Origin: Candidatus Omnitrophota bacterium
GTDB lineage: Bacteria > Omnitrophota > Omnitrophia > Omnitrophales > Aquincolibacteriaceae
Direction: 5' to 3'
Assembly: GCA_043803685.1 (NCBI GenBank)
Contig: JAZDJU010000031.1
Location: forward strand, 7,114-71,113
DNA length: 64,000 bases
Each line of letters opens with the position of its first letter. Positions within the stretch are counted from its first letter, which is position 1. The notes under the pieces are model-generated. The model was not told the DNA's origin and searched no databases. It saw nothing but the letters and a program-made list of their open reading frames with translations. The position numbers were made by a program, and so were the translations under genes. This document shows, one piece after another, positions 9,089-17,693 of the stretch.

Positions 9089-9885
9089 GTTCCCTCCTTG
9101 GGATCTGAATGGTCCGCGAGTGGCAGAACGAACGGTTTTCCAGAAACGGGATTCTTCCCGGCCGAAACACGCGTTCCGAACACCGCTTCGATCGTCGCGC
9201 GGTCCAGCGCCTCTTCCGGCGTCCCCGCCTTGTGGATACGACCTTGTTTCATGAGAAGCATACTTCGCGCGTATTCCGCGGCGAGATTAAGATCGTGCAG
9301 GACCGCGACCACGGTCAGTTGGTGTTCACGGTTGAGCCGCGCGAGAAGACCGAGCACCGCAACCTGGTGCGCGATATCCAGGTGCGCCGTCGGCTCGTCC
9401 AGAAAAAGCCATTCGGGTTCCTGGGCCAGGGCGCGCGCGATCGAGGCAAGCTGCCGCTCCCCCCCGCTTGTTTCTGTCATCAACCGGTCCCGAAGATGGT
9501 CCACGCCAGCCTTTCGCATTGCCTGGTCCGCGGCTTCAAGGTCCGCCGCCGTTTCCAGGAACTGGAAATCTCCGTAGTGAGGAATACGCCCCAGGAGCAC
9601 GAACTCCTCGACCGTCATCGGAAGAGACGGAACGTTCTGCGACACGACCGCGCAACGTTTTGCGAAATGTTTCGGTGGAAGCTTCCAAAGATCCTTCCCC
9701 TCAAAAAGAACTTCGCCGCGCAAGAGCGGCAGTGAACGCGTCAAAGCCCGGACCAGCGTCGTCTTCCCGGAACCGTTCGGACCGAGGATGGCCAGAAAGT
9801 CCCCGCGATCGATCGTAAGGTCGATCCCCTCCAGGATCATTTTTTTCCCGTACCCGCAACTGAGGCCGCGCGCCGTAAGCGTCAC
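9085..9885 (-). CDS. Iron/cobalamin-type ABC transporter ATP-binding protein
   Basis: Walker A GPNGSGKTT and signature SGGERQ. A GTG start at 9885 overlaps the permease stop (GTGA). Confidence 0.85.
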   Translation of the reverse strand: MTLTARGLSCGYGKKMILEGIDLTIDRGDFLAILGPNGSGKTTLVRALTRSLPLLRGEVLFEGKDLWKLPPKHFAKRCAVVSQNVPSLPMTVEEFVLLGRIPHYGDFQFLETAADLEAADQAMRKAGVDHLRDRLMTETSGGERQLASIARALAQEPEWLFLDEPTAHLDIAHQVAVLGLLARLNREHQLTVVAVLHDLNLAAEYARSMLLMKQGRIHKAGTPEEALDRATIEAVFGTRVSAGKNPVSGKPFVLPLADHSDPKEGT

Positions 9886-10901
9886 AGTGCTCTTCCTTTC
9901 CCGCGCGCGAGCACGTAAATAAAAAGGCACCCGCCCAGAAGCCCTGTCACGACCCCGACCGGAAGTTCCACGGGAGCGATGAGGACACGCGCCACGGTAT
10001 CGCAAAGCACCAGAAAAGTTCCGCCGCCGAGAAAGGAAGCGACCAGAAGGATCCTCGCGTCACGCCCCACAAGTCCCCTCATCATATGCGGCACCACGAG
10101 CCCGACGAATCCGATCACCCCCGCCACCGCCACACTCACTCCGGTTAAAACAGAGGCTATCAAAAAAAGAGCGCGCTTGGTCCGCTCGACCGGGACCCCG
10201 AGATGCCGCGCCTCCTCTTCCCCGAGCGCGAGCGCGTTCAGGTCCGCGTGAAAAAAATAACAGGTCCCCAGACCCGCCAGCGAGACTCCGATCATGATGC
10301 GAATGAGCGCCACGTCCGGCTCGTCGAGTGATCCCATGATCCAGAAAAGAATGCCCTGAAGGTCCTCGGTCCTGGAAACCGCGAGAATGAGGAGCATCAG
10401 GGACGACGAGATAAAGGTCAGCATCACTCCCGTGAGGAGCATCCCCTGAAGCGGAAGCTCCCGGCCCCGGCGGCTCAGGAAATAAAGCAGGAAGATCACA
10501 AGACAGGCGCCCAGAAATCCGGAAAGCGGAAGCCCGAGATGCCAGATCCCGGAAAGACCCCAGAGAATATTGAGCGACACCCCGACCGCAGCGCCGCCCG
10601 AGATCCCGAGGGTATAGGGTTCGACCAGCGGATTCCGGAACATTCCCTGCAGGACCACGCCCGCGAGGCTCAACGCGCCGCCCACCGCGAATCCCAGGAG
10701 AAGCCTTGGGAAACGGATGTCCCAGACAATGCGGCTTTCGATGCCTGCCGAGTGTCCGGAAAGGATCTTGATCACTTTCTCGACAGGGATCCCGGAGGGC
10801 CCGGAGATCAGAGCAAGCACCGCGGCCACGACCGCGGCGAGCACGATCAGCCCCAGCCAGCCCAGCCAACGCCTTGAACGATCAGTGGGGGTAGTTCGCA
10901 T
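9882..10901 (-). CDS. FecCD/BtuC-family ABC permease
   Basis: 339-aa polytopic membrane protein with the typical FecCD pattern. Confidence 0.85.
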   Translation of the reverse strand: MRTTPTDRSRRWLGWLGLIVLAAVVAAVLALISGPSGIPVEKVIKILSGHSAGIESRIVWDIRFPRLLLGFAVGGALSLAGVVLQGMFRNPLVEPYTLGISGGAAVGVSLNILWGLSGIWHLGLPLSGFLGACLVIFLLYFLSRRGRELPLQGMLLTGVMLTFISSSLMLLILAVSRTEDLQGILFWIMGSLDEPDVALIRIMIGVSLAGLGTCYFFHADLNALALGEEEARHLGVPVERTKRALFLIASVLTGVSVAVAGVIGFVGLVVPHMMRGLVGRDARILLVASFLGGGTFLVLCDTVARVLIAPVELPVGVVTGLLGGCLFIYVLARGKGRAL

Positions 10902-11790
10902 GAAGGATCTGGATCATGGTTTCAAGCGCCCGCGTGAAAGTCACGGGCGTCGGAGAGCAGAAGAGGTCGGAATTCACGAACACGATACGGTTCCCGCGCG
11001 CGGCCTTGAGTTCCGGATATTTTTCCCACATCCGTTTTTCCTTTTCGCCGTCAAAACCCATACTCGAAATAATGATCATGTCCGGGTCCTGCGAAAGGAC
11101 CTTTTCCCGGGAATAGATCGGCCGTTCCGCGTCCGCAGCGATATTCTTCCCGCCCGCGAATTCGATCAGGTCATTCAGAAAAGAATTCCGCGTCACCGTC
11201 ACGAGCGGTTCGGATCCCACCTCGAGGAACACCGAGATCGGAGGCCCTTGCGGGACCTTCCGCCGCAGAAGTTCAACGGCCCTCGTTTCGTCCTCGATGA
11301 TCTTCGCGGCTTCCGCTTCCCTGCCGATCATTCCCGCGAGCCGGAGGAACGTATCGCCCACCCCCTTGAAATTTTTCGCCGGCGCGAACGTTTCCACCCG
11401 GAGCCCGAGCGCTTTCATTTTCGCGACCGCCCGGGGATCGATCATCGGCGTCACGATCACAAGGTCCGGCACAAGCGACACCACCTTCTCAAGATTGATC
11501 TCGACGATGCTCCCCGCTTCGGGGATCTCTTGGACTTCCGCGGGCCGGACACAGAAGCGCGACCGCCCGACCACGCGCTTCCCTTCGCCCAAAAGGAACA
11601 GCTCCTCCGTTACCACCGTCGAAAGCGAAACAATGCGCTGGAGCATTCTTGGGCCTTCACTAGAAGCGATCGCACTTCGGGAAATGAAAACCACTGGGGT
11701 CATTAGGATCATGCAGAGCGCAACGCACAACGCGCAACGTTTTCGTGGCTCGTGGATCGTGGATCGTTGCACTTTTCTTTCAGACTTCAC
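10882..11790 (-). CDS. Periplasmic binding protein (BtuF/FhuD-like)
   Basis: RIVSLSTVVTEELFLLGEGKRVVG and the following sequence fit the class III SBP pattern. The GTG start at 11790 has a GGGAG SD and a GTGA overlap with the upstream stop. The N-terminal region is encoded by a CAACG/CGTGG repeat. Confidence 0.7.
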   Translation of the reverse strand: MKSERKVQRSTIHEPRKRCALCVALCMILMTPVVFISRSAIASSEGPRMLQRIVSLSTVVTEELFLLGEGKRVVGRSRFCVRPAEVQEIPEAGSIVEINLEKVVSLVPDLVIVTPMIDPRAVAKMKALGLRVETFAPAKNFKGVGDTFLRLAGMIGREAEAAKIIEDETRAVELLRRKVPQGPPISVFLEVGSEPLVTVTRNSFLNDLIEFAGGKNIAADAERPIYSREKVLSQDPDMIIISSMGFDGEKEKRMWEKYPELKAARGNRIVFVNSDLFCSPTPVTFTRALETMIQILHANYPH

Positions 11791-12449
11791 GCCACACTCC
11801 CGAGTTCCAGCGTGGAGGCCCAATGCTTTTCGATCATCCGAGGTTCTCCCTCCCGGAAAGGGACCGGCGCGCGGAATAGCGGTCCATCGTAAACGAAGGT
11901 GTGATACTCGCCTTTTTCACCGCACGCGTCGACATGCGGCAAGGCTCTCATTTTTCCCATAAAATCTCTGTCGATCTCACAGCCCAGCCATTCCTCACCC
12001 AGGACCGCCGCGTCCGTCACGACGATCCGGCTCTTGAACCCCGCGGAAATGAATTCCGTGAGCAGGTCTTCGCGTTTCGCGTCCCAAAGAGGGAAAAAAG
12101 CCTGGATCTCCATCTCCCGGCAAACCCTCTCCAGCCAGTCCCGGTGCGCCCAAAGATCAATATCCCCGAAGACCCCCGCTTCGACACCCTGCGCTTTCAG
12201 ATCCGCGATCGCTTTTTTAAACTCCGCTTCATATTCCTTGCGGGAGGCTTTGCGCTGAAGGATCGGGATCCCCATCCTGTTCGCCTGTTCCCGGAGCAGA
12301 TCCGCGGGAAGGCAATGGGAGAGAGAACATTCCCCGGTCTCCGTCAGCATATTCAGTAAGCACGCGACTTCTATTCCCGGCTGTCGCAGAATGCGGTAGC
12401 AGGCGAGCAGGCAATCCTTGCCGCCGCTCCAGGAAACGAAAGCTTTCAT
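11787..12449 (-). CDS. Dph6-related PP-loop ATP pyrophosphatase (DUF71/MJ0570 family)
   Basis: MKAFVSWSGGKDCLLA PP-loop, with EYHTFVYDGPLF near the C-terminus. There are 4-nt overlaps with both neighbours. Confidence 0.7.
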   Translation of the reverse strand: MKAFVSWSGGKDCLLACYRILRQPGIEVACLLNMLTETGECSLSHCLPADLLREQANRMGIPILQRKASRKEYEAEFKKAIADLKAQGVEAGVFGDIDLWAHRDWLERVCREMEIQAFFPLWDAKREDLLTEFISAGFKSRIVVTDAAVLGEEWLGCEIDRDFMGKMRALPHVDACGEKGEYHTFVYDGPLFRAPVPFREGEPRMIEKHWASTLELGSVA

Positions 12450-13948
12450 AAACAGACCTCTTTTTTTTCGGATAGCCCAAGACAGGACCGAAGCAATCCC
12501 AGATCCAGGTTCCGCGTCAAATGGTCCGCCCAAAGCCGGTAATGCTCCTCTTTTCTCGTCCAGGACGACACAGCATTCGGGTCCGCGGCCCTTGGCTTAC
12601 CGGCATGCGCGGCCAAGGCATCCAGAAAAGATTCGCGAAATTCCGCGCTCTCAAAAAGACCGTGGTAATACGTCCCGGCCAAATTCCCGGAAGCGTGAAG
12701 AGGACCGAGCGCGCCGCCTGCTCCGCCAAGACTGCTTTCCCCCATATGAATTTCGTACGCTTCCACTTTCCCCCGCACGGAGAGCCCAAGCCATTGCACG
12801 TCCAGAGAAGTGGAAACACGCCGCAGGACCTTTTGCGCGCCAAACCGCGTCGTCATGTCAAGAAAACCGAACCCGTCCATTTCCGGGCTCAGGGATTCCA
12901 CGCGGTCCGGGTCCAACAATTTCCTTCCCATCATCTGATAACCACCGCAGATCCCCAGGACCGCCCCGCCGCCCGCCACGAACGCCCGGAGCTTTCCCCC
13001 GAAACCCGCCTCCACCAGATAACGGCAATCGGCCATCGTCGCCTTGGTCCCCGGTAAGATCACAAGGTCCGGAACTCCCAGTTTTGCGGCGGAGTCCACA
13101 TAGCGAAGTCTCACGCCGGGTTCTGCCCTCAGGACCTCAAAATCCGTGAAGTTCGACATCCGCGGAAGCAGGACCACCGCGATGTCCAGATCGCTTGCGG
13201 AAACGGCGGACGCGTGAGCGTGCTTCTCCGGCAGAGCGTCCTCCTCGTCGAGCTTAATGTGATGCGCGTAGGGCAGCACACCCCAGATCTTTTTGCCGCT
13301 TTTCTTTTCGATGAAATCCACGCCGTCATGAAAGAGCGTTTGGTCCCCGCGGAATTTATTGACGATCAATCCCTGAATGCGGTCGCGCTCCCCCGGGGTC
13401 AGAAGGTCCAGCGTCCCCAAAAGTGACGCGAAGATCCCGCCCTTGTCGATATCCCCCACCAGCACGCACGCGGCGTCCGCCCACTCCGCCATCTGCATGT
13501 TCACGAGATCGTTCTTTTTAAGATTCACCTCCGCCGGACTGCCCGCTCCTTCGAGAACGATCACTTCATATTCCGAAGAGAGCCGCTCGTACGATTCGAG
13601 GATCGCTCGTGAGATCACTTCGCGCTGGGCATAATAATTTCTGGCCGAGAGATGGCCGATCGCGTGTCCTTGCACGACCACCTGGGAATGATTGTCCGCC
13701 GCGGGTTTCAGCAGAACCGGGTTCATGTCCACGTGCGGGCGAACCCGCGCGCATTCGGCCTGGACCACTTGCGCGCGTCCCATTTCGCCGCCCTCTTCGG
13801 TGACGTAGGAATTGTTGGACATGTTCTGCGCCTTGAACGGGGCCACACGATATCCCCAATCGGAAAGGACCCGGCAAAAACCGGACGCGATCACGGACTT
13901 CCCCACTCCGGACCCCGTCCCCAACACCATAATGGCTTTAGCTTTCAT
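12446..13948 (-). CDS. cobQ: Cobyric acid synthase
   Basis: N-terminal GTGSGVGKS and a C-terminal GATase (GICGGYQMMG). Start set at MKAKAIMVLG, because the upstream part of the ORF is repeat-encoded. Confidence 0.9.
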   Translation of the reverse strand: MKAKAIMVLGTGSGVGKSVIASGFCRVLSDWGYRVAPFKAQNMSNNSYVTEEGGEMGRAQVVQAECARVRPHVDMNPVLLKPAADNHSQVVVQGHAIGHLSARNYYAQREVISRAILESYERLSSEYEVIVLEGAGSPAEVNLKKNDLVNMQMAEWADAACVLVGDIDKGGIFASLLGTLDLLTPGERDRIQGLIVNKFRGDQTLFHDGVDFIEKKSGKKIWGVLPYAHHIKLDEEDALPEKHAHASAVSASDLDIAVVLLPRMSNFTDFEVLRAEPGVRLRYVDSAAKLGVPDLVILPGTKATMADCRYLVEAGFGGKLRAFVAGGGAVLGICGGYQMMGRKLLDPDRVESLSPEMDGFGFLDMTTRFGAQKVLRRVSTSLDVQWLGLSVRGKVEAYEIHMGESSLGGAGGALGPLHASGNLAGTYYHGLFESAEFRESFLDALAAHAGKPRAADPNAVSSWTRKEEHYRLWADHLTRNLDLGLLRSCLGLSEKKEVCL

Positions 13949-13970
13949 TCGATCCCTCAAATTTCTTTGT

Positions 13971-14106
13971 CCCCTCTTTCGCAAAGAGGGGTTCGGGGAG
14001 ATTTCTCGAGTCTCCCGATGCAATTCAAATCCCCCTCGGGTCCCCCTTTTCCAAAGGGGGAATTTACTTCTTCCCCTCTTTAGCAAAGAGGGGCTCGGGG
14101 AGATTT
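13971..14106. repeat. Hairpin array with two 34-nt direct repeats
   Basis: CCCCTCTTTnGCAAAGAGGGGyTCGGGGAGATTT occurs at 13971-14004 and 14073-14106, with additional hairpins at ~13996-14016 and 14042-14060. Confidence 0.8.
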
Positions 14107-14713
14107 AGACCTTATCGTCCTCGAGCTTAAACGTGACCGGAGTTTCGACAACATCTTTGACCGGCTGGCCTGCTTTCAGCGCCGGCTGGAATTTCCATTT
14201 TTTGACCGCATCACGGGCCGCCTCGTCCAGAAGCGCGTGCCCTGAAGACTGCGTAAGCTCCACACGCCCCACGGAGCCGTCGGGAAGCACTTCGTACGTC
14301 AGCACCACACGCCCCTCCCACCCACGCCGGACCGCTTTCTTAGGATAAGGGACCGCCTCCGGAGTCGAGATCAGGAATGACGACGTCCAGCCTGCGGGAG
14401 CCGCCTCTTCACTCGTTTGACGGCTTGGGCTAGCATTCTGTTCCGGACGGGAAATACGGGGGCCCATCTGATTGCCGGGAAATCCCGCGGTCGAGAACGC
14501 GGAGGGCGCCACGAACTTTTGCGGCGTCGCGGCCACACGCTCCGAAGCTTTCGCTTTCACGTTCACCGGCACGCTCCGGGAAAGCACAGGCCCCGCTTCG
14601 ACCGAAGACCAGGCCCCGGCACTCTCCTGCGCCTCAAGACGCACTCCGCAGAGGGCCGCCACGAACAAACTCACGCCGATGATCTTTAAACGTTGTTTCA
14701 CCAGAACTCCCAT
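14105..14713 (-). CDS. tonB: TonB-family energy transducer
   Basis: The C-terminal TonB_C pattern is present (YPKKAVRRGWEGRVVLTYEVLPDGSVGRVEL...AARDAVKKWKFQPA). Confidence 0.8.
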   Translation of the reverse strand: MGVLVKQRLKIIGVSLFVAALCGVRLEAQESAGAWSSVEAGPVLSRSVPVNVKAKASERVAATPQKFVAPSAFSTAGFPGNQMGPRISRPEQNASPSRQTSEEAAPAGWTSSFLISTPEAVPYPKKAVRRGWEGRVVLTYEVLPDGSVGRVELTQSSGHALLDEAARDAVKKWKFQPALKAGQPVKDVVETPVTFKLEDDKV

Positions 14714-17046
14714 TTGGTTCCGATCACAAATTCCCGCGAAGCCCCTGGATCGACAAAGGTGTAGGTCCCGGCAGGGTAAATGGCCGTGCCGAACGAAGTG
14801 GCGTTAATGGCACGCGAGTAGTACTTCTCATTGAACACGTTATTCACTTTCAGATAGACCTGCTTGCCGCGCCAGTCGTACGAGAGAATAAGGTCCCAGA
14901 CCGAGTAGGGCTTGATCCAATGCCCCGCCCCCCCGGTCGTATTCAAAGTCGCCTGGGTCGCCGTCTCATAAGAGGTCGGATGCTGTTGTCCGGTAATGGT
15001 ACCGTACAACCCCGCTTTAAGTCCCTTATAATTTTCGCCCAAACGGGCGAGCGGCGTGACCGTGATCCCCGTCGTGAAACGGTTCTCGGGAACCTGTCCG
15101 AGGGCCCGGCCGTCCTTCAAACTTTCGGCGCCGTCCGTTTCGCGGACAAAAGCCTTGGTGAACGTATAACTGCCGTAGAGCTTGACCTCTTCGACCGGCG
15201 TCACGTCCAGGCGCGTCTCGATACCGTAACGACGGGTTTTGGACACATTGATGTTCCGTCCCCACGGTGTTGCCGCGCTGATGGCTGTGCTGTCGTAGCG
15301 GATCTCATCTTCGACATCGATGAGAAAATAACTCAGCTTGCCCTCGGCGTACTTCCCCGCCCGGAGCCGGGTACCGGCCTCGTAGCTATTGGACAGTTCC
15401 GGCGTCAGAGGCGTAAGCGATGTGCCCCCGTAGGGCGCGAGCTCGGTGATCGTCGGAACGCGGAAGCCCTGGGAATAATTGGTAAAAAGATCCACGCTCT
15501 TGACCGGCTTGACGGTGACGCCCGTCGAGACCGTCGATCTGTTCCAACGGTTCGTTTGTCCGGCCGCGCGATTCAATCCGCTCTGGGACGCGAACCAGTT
15601 GTAATCGTGCCGCATACTGACGTACGGGATCACCTTGTCAAAAAATTTGAGCGTCTCGTTCCAGAAAAGCGCGACGTTGTCGGCCTGAGCGGTCCGGTCC
15701 GTGCGAGTGACGGGATTCGAAGGCACCGTGCCGTTCGGAGCGTCTCGTTGGATCGACCAATTGCGGCCCGCCCGGTATTCCATCCCCAGCAGGCTCTCGT
15801 TCCCGAGCCAGCCCCACGTGTCCTGATAACGGGTCTGCCACGTGAGGTCCCGCTCCTGGTTCTTGGTGTTCAGAAGCGACGTGTAGGGATTGTATCCGTA
15901 AGAAACAAAGGTTCCCGTCGTGTTGACAAAACTGATGTCGTTCCAGCGTTCGCTCGCGAGGATCGAAGCCAGGATCCGGTCATCCCAGAACTTCTTTTCG
16001 GCGCCCACCTGGACGATCGTGTTCTTGAACTTGCGGCCGTCCAGAGGCTTGTTCGTGCGCCGGTCGTCATCCTGATATTGCTGAAAGGTCATTTCCCCCG
16101 GCATCGAGACCGCGTCCTCGATATGCTTCAGCCCAAAGGAGATCTTCCCCTGGTCCTCGGGCAGCTCATAAGCGGTCTTGATATCGAACGAGGTCAGCCG
16201 GAATTCACTATTCGGACGAAAGCCGTGTTCGTCATCGCGTTCGCCGTTAAAATAATACCCCAGCTTGCCGCCGAGGGGCGTCAGCTTGTCCTTCAAGGTT
16301 CCGCTCATGCCCTGGTTGAACCGCAGTCCGTGGAAACTCGTCCATTCCAGTCCGCCAAAAAGATGGACGGGCTTCTCGCTCGGCTGCCCCGTCGTGACAT
16401 GGACCACGCCGCCGAACGCGTTGCTCCCGTAAACGGACGAAGCCGACCCTCGGTCGATCTGCACCGACTGGGTGTCGCGCATCCGCATCAAAGGAAAATT
16501 GACACTATTGCCGTCCACTTCGTTCACACGAACGCCGTCCACCAGAAAGATGACCGTGCTGGGGTCCGTAAAACCGCGAAGGGCAAAGGTCGTGTCGAGC
16601 CCGTTCCCCGTGGAATCGTAAAGAACCACGCCTTCCGAATCCCTCACGGCGTCCTGAAGAGTGTCGGGTTTGATCGTGTCCAGGGAAGTCGCGTCCTTAA
16701 AGGTCACGTTGAAAGGAACGTCGGAGATCTTCTTGCGGAAACTCGGGATCCTGGAAGCCACGACTGTCACGTCAGCCACGGGCTGCGGCGGAGGACCCTT
16801 AACTTCCGTCTTCGAATCGGTGGACGCTTCTGTGGTAACAGCCGCCGCTTTTCCGTCCGTCTGACTTTGTTCTTTTTCCGTGGCACTTGGCTCGTGGTCC
16901 GTGGCACGGTTTTTAGAGAACGGCCAGCTCCAGCCGATGTTCAGAAGGCAAACTGCGAGGAACAGAATACTGATCTTCCGAAGATGCTCGCTCCGGATCT
17001 TTTGTTTTGTGGACACAAAAAAACCCTTTCCGCCTCGAAGGGGCAA
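14698..17046 (-). CDS. TonB-dependent receptor (BtuB-like by riboswitch context)
   Basis: Plug plus 22-strand barrel pattern with a C-terminal ...GTKWEFW. Downstream of a cobalamin riboswitch. Start is uncertain (TTG at 17046 or GTG at 17016). Confidence 0.85.
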   Translation of the reverse strand: MPLRGGKGFFVSTKQKIRSEHLRKISILFLAVCLLNIGWSWPFSKNRATDHEPSATEKEQSQTDGKAAAVTTEASTDSKTEVKGPPPQPVADVTVVASRIPSFRKKISDVPFNVTFKDATSLDTIKPDTLQDAVRDSEGVVLYDSTGNGLDTTFALRGFTDPSTVIFLVDGVRVNEVDGNSVNFPLMRMRDTQSVQIDRGSASSVYGSNAFGGVVHVTTGQPSEKPVHLFGGLEWTSFHGLRFNQGMSGTLKDKLTPLGGKLGYYFNGERDDEHGFRPNSEFRLTSFDIKTAYELPEDQGKISFGLKHIEDAVSMPGEMTFQQYQDDDRRTNKPLDGRKFKNTIVQVGAEKKFWDDRILASILASERWNDISFVNTTGTFVSYGYNPYTSLLNTKNQERDLTWQTRYQDTWGWLGNESLLGMEYRAGRNWSIQRDAPNGTVPSNPVTRTDRTAQADNVALFWNETLKFFDKVIPYVSMRHDYNWFASQSGLNRAAGQTNRWNRSTVSTGVTVKPVKSVDLFTNYSQGFRVPTITELAPYGGTSLTPLTPELSNSYEAGTRLRAGKYAEGKLSYFLIDVEDEIRYDSTAISAATPWGRNINVSKTRRYGIETRLDVTPVEEVKLYGSYTFTKAFVRETDGAESLKDGRALGQVPENRFTTGITVTPLARLGENYKGLKAGLYGTITGQQHPTSYETATQATLNTTGGAGHWIKPYSVWDLILSYDWRGKQVYLKVNNVFNEKYYSRAINATSFGTAIYPAGTYTFVDPGASREFVIGTKWEFW

Positions 17047-17095
17047 GAAAGGGTGACCTGTCTTGACCTCTGCTCGGAGGCATTAGAATGATGAG

Positions 17096-17169
17096 CCACG
17101 ATCCACGCCCCACGTTCCACGAATTCTGCTTCAGTTTTCGTGGCCCGTGCAACATGGCCCTTGGCCCGG
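17096..17169. repeat. CCACG-periodic hairpin repeat in the riboswitch-to-ORF spacer
   Basis: CCACGATCCACGCCCCACGTTCCACG, then a 17-nt loop, then CGTGGCCCGTGCAACATGGCCCTTGGCCCGG. Confidence 0.8.
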
Positions 17170-17173
17170 TTTT

Positions 17174-17339
17174 AATGACAGGTTTGATATTCTGACTAGG
17201 TAAGTATTAGCCTACTCGCGAGCCTTCCCTTCCCTTTCGGAAAAGTGGCTATTCGCTTTCGTCCTTACCGACAGCGGCGGCACCGTGGAGTCGTTTCGCC
17301 GAACTTCGGCGTCACGCTCACTTCCCAATGCCTGTCATT
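17174..17339 (-). promoter_or_regulatory. Cobalamin (B12) riboswitch aptamer
   Basis: The minus strand shows a P1 helix (AATGACAGG...CCTGTCATT), GGGAA, GCCGCTGTCGGTAAGGA, AGCCACT...GGGAAGG, and a B12 box (AGTCAGAATATCAAACCTGTC). Confidence 0.85.
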
Positions 17340-17496
17340 ACGTTCCCTCAAAACAAAAATTATTTCGAGGGAACTTTTTCAAAGAAACCCTTCGCTTTAG
17401 CTCTGGGTAAGTGGGCCGGAAATTACCCGCCCCCTTAAAGAACAACCAACAACACGCGGATTATACTCACGAACCCCCACACCACAACAAAAAAAA

Positions 17497-17546
17497 GGGG
17501 CTCCCCACTCCAAGACCCGGTTCTAGAACCCGGTCTTGGAAGGGGT
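17497..17546. repeat. REP-like 30-bp palindrome (CCAAGACCCGGTTCTAGAACCCGGTCTTGG) with GGGGCTCCCC flank
   Basis: A near-identical copy lies at 28962-29010. Confidence 0.8.
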
Positions 17547-17620
17547 TCGCTGATCTGTCATTGCGAAGGAGTCCGCCGAGATTTGTGGCGGACGACTGCG
17601 GCAATCTGCTTTGAGCCAAT

Positions 17621-17689
17621 CCCGTGCCACGTTCCACGACCCACGCGCCACGTTTTTCCGTGGTCCGTGGCTCTTGGCCTGTGGCTCCG
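17621..17689. repeat. CCACG-periodic hairpin repeat directly 3' of the nuclease gene
   Basis: CCCGTGCCACGTTCCACGACCCACGCGCCACG-TTTTT-CCGTGGTCCGTGGCTCTTGGCCTGTGG. Confidence 0.8.
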
Positions 17690-17693
17690 TTCT

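Noticed and set aside
14920-17091. A 723-aa plus-strand ORF, plus many other long ORFs antisense to confident genes (for example 4671..5660, 7188..8096, 10717..11706, 12418..13149, 30942..31835, 33882..34856, 41246..42697, 43690..44568, 52123..53100, 53116..53934, 56882..57769, 57880..58752, 60414..61010).
   Set aside because: They are Arg/Pro/His/Gly-rich and low in complexity, with no recognisable motifs. They lie exactly opposite genes with strong family signatures. This is the typical stop-codon-poor antisense frame of GC-rich coding DNA.
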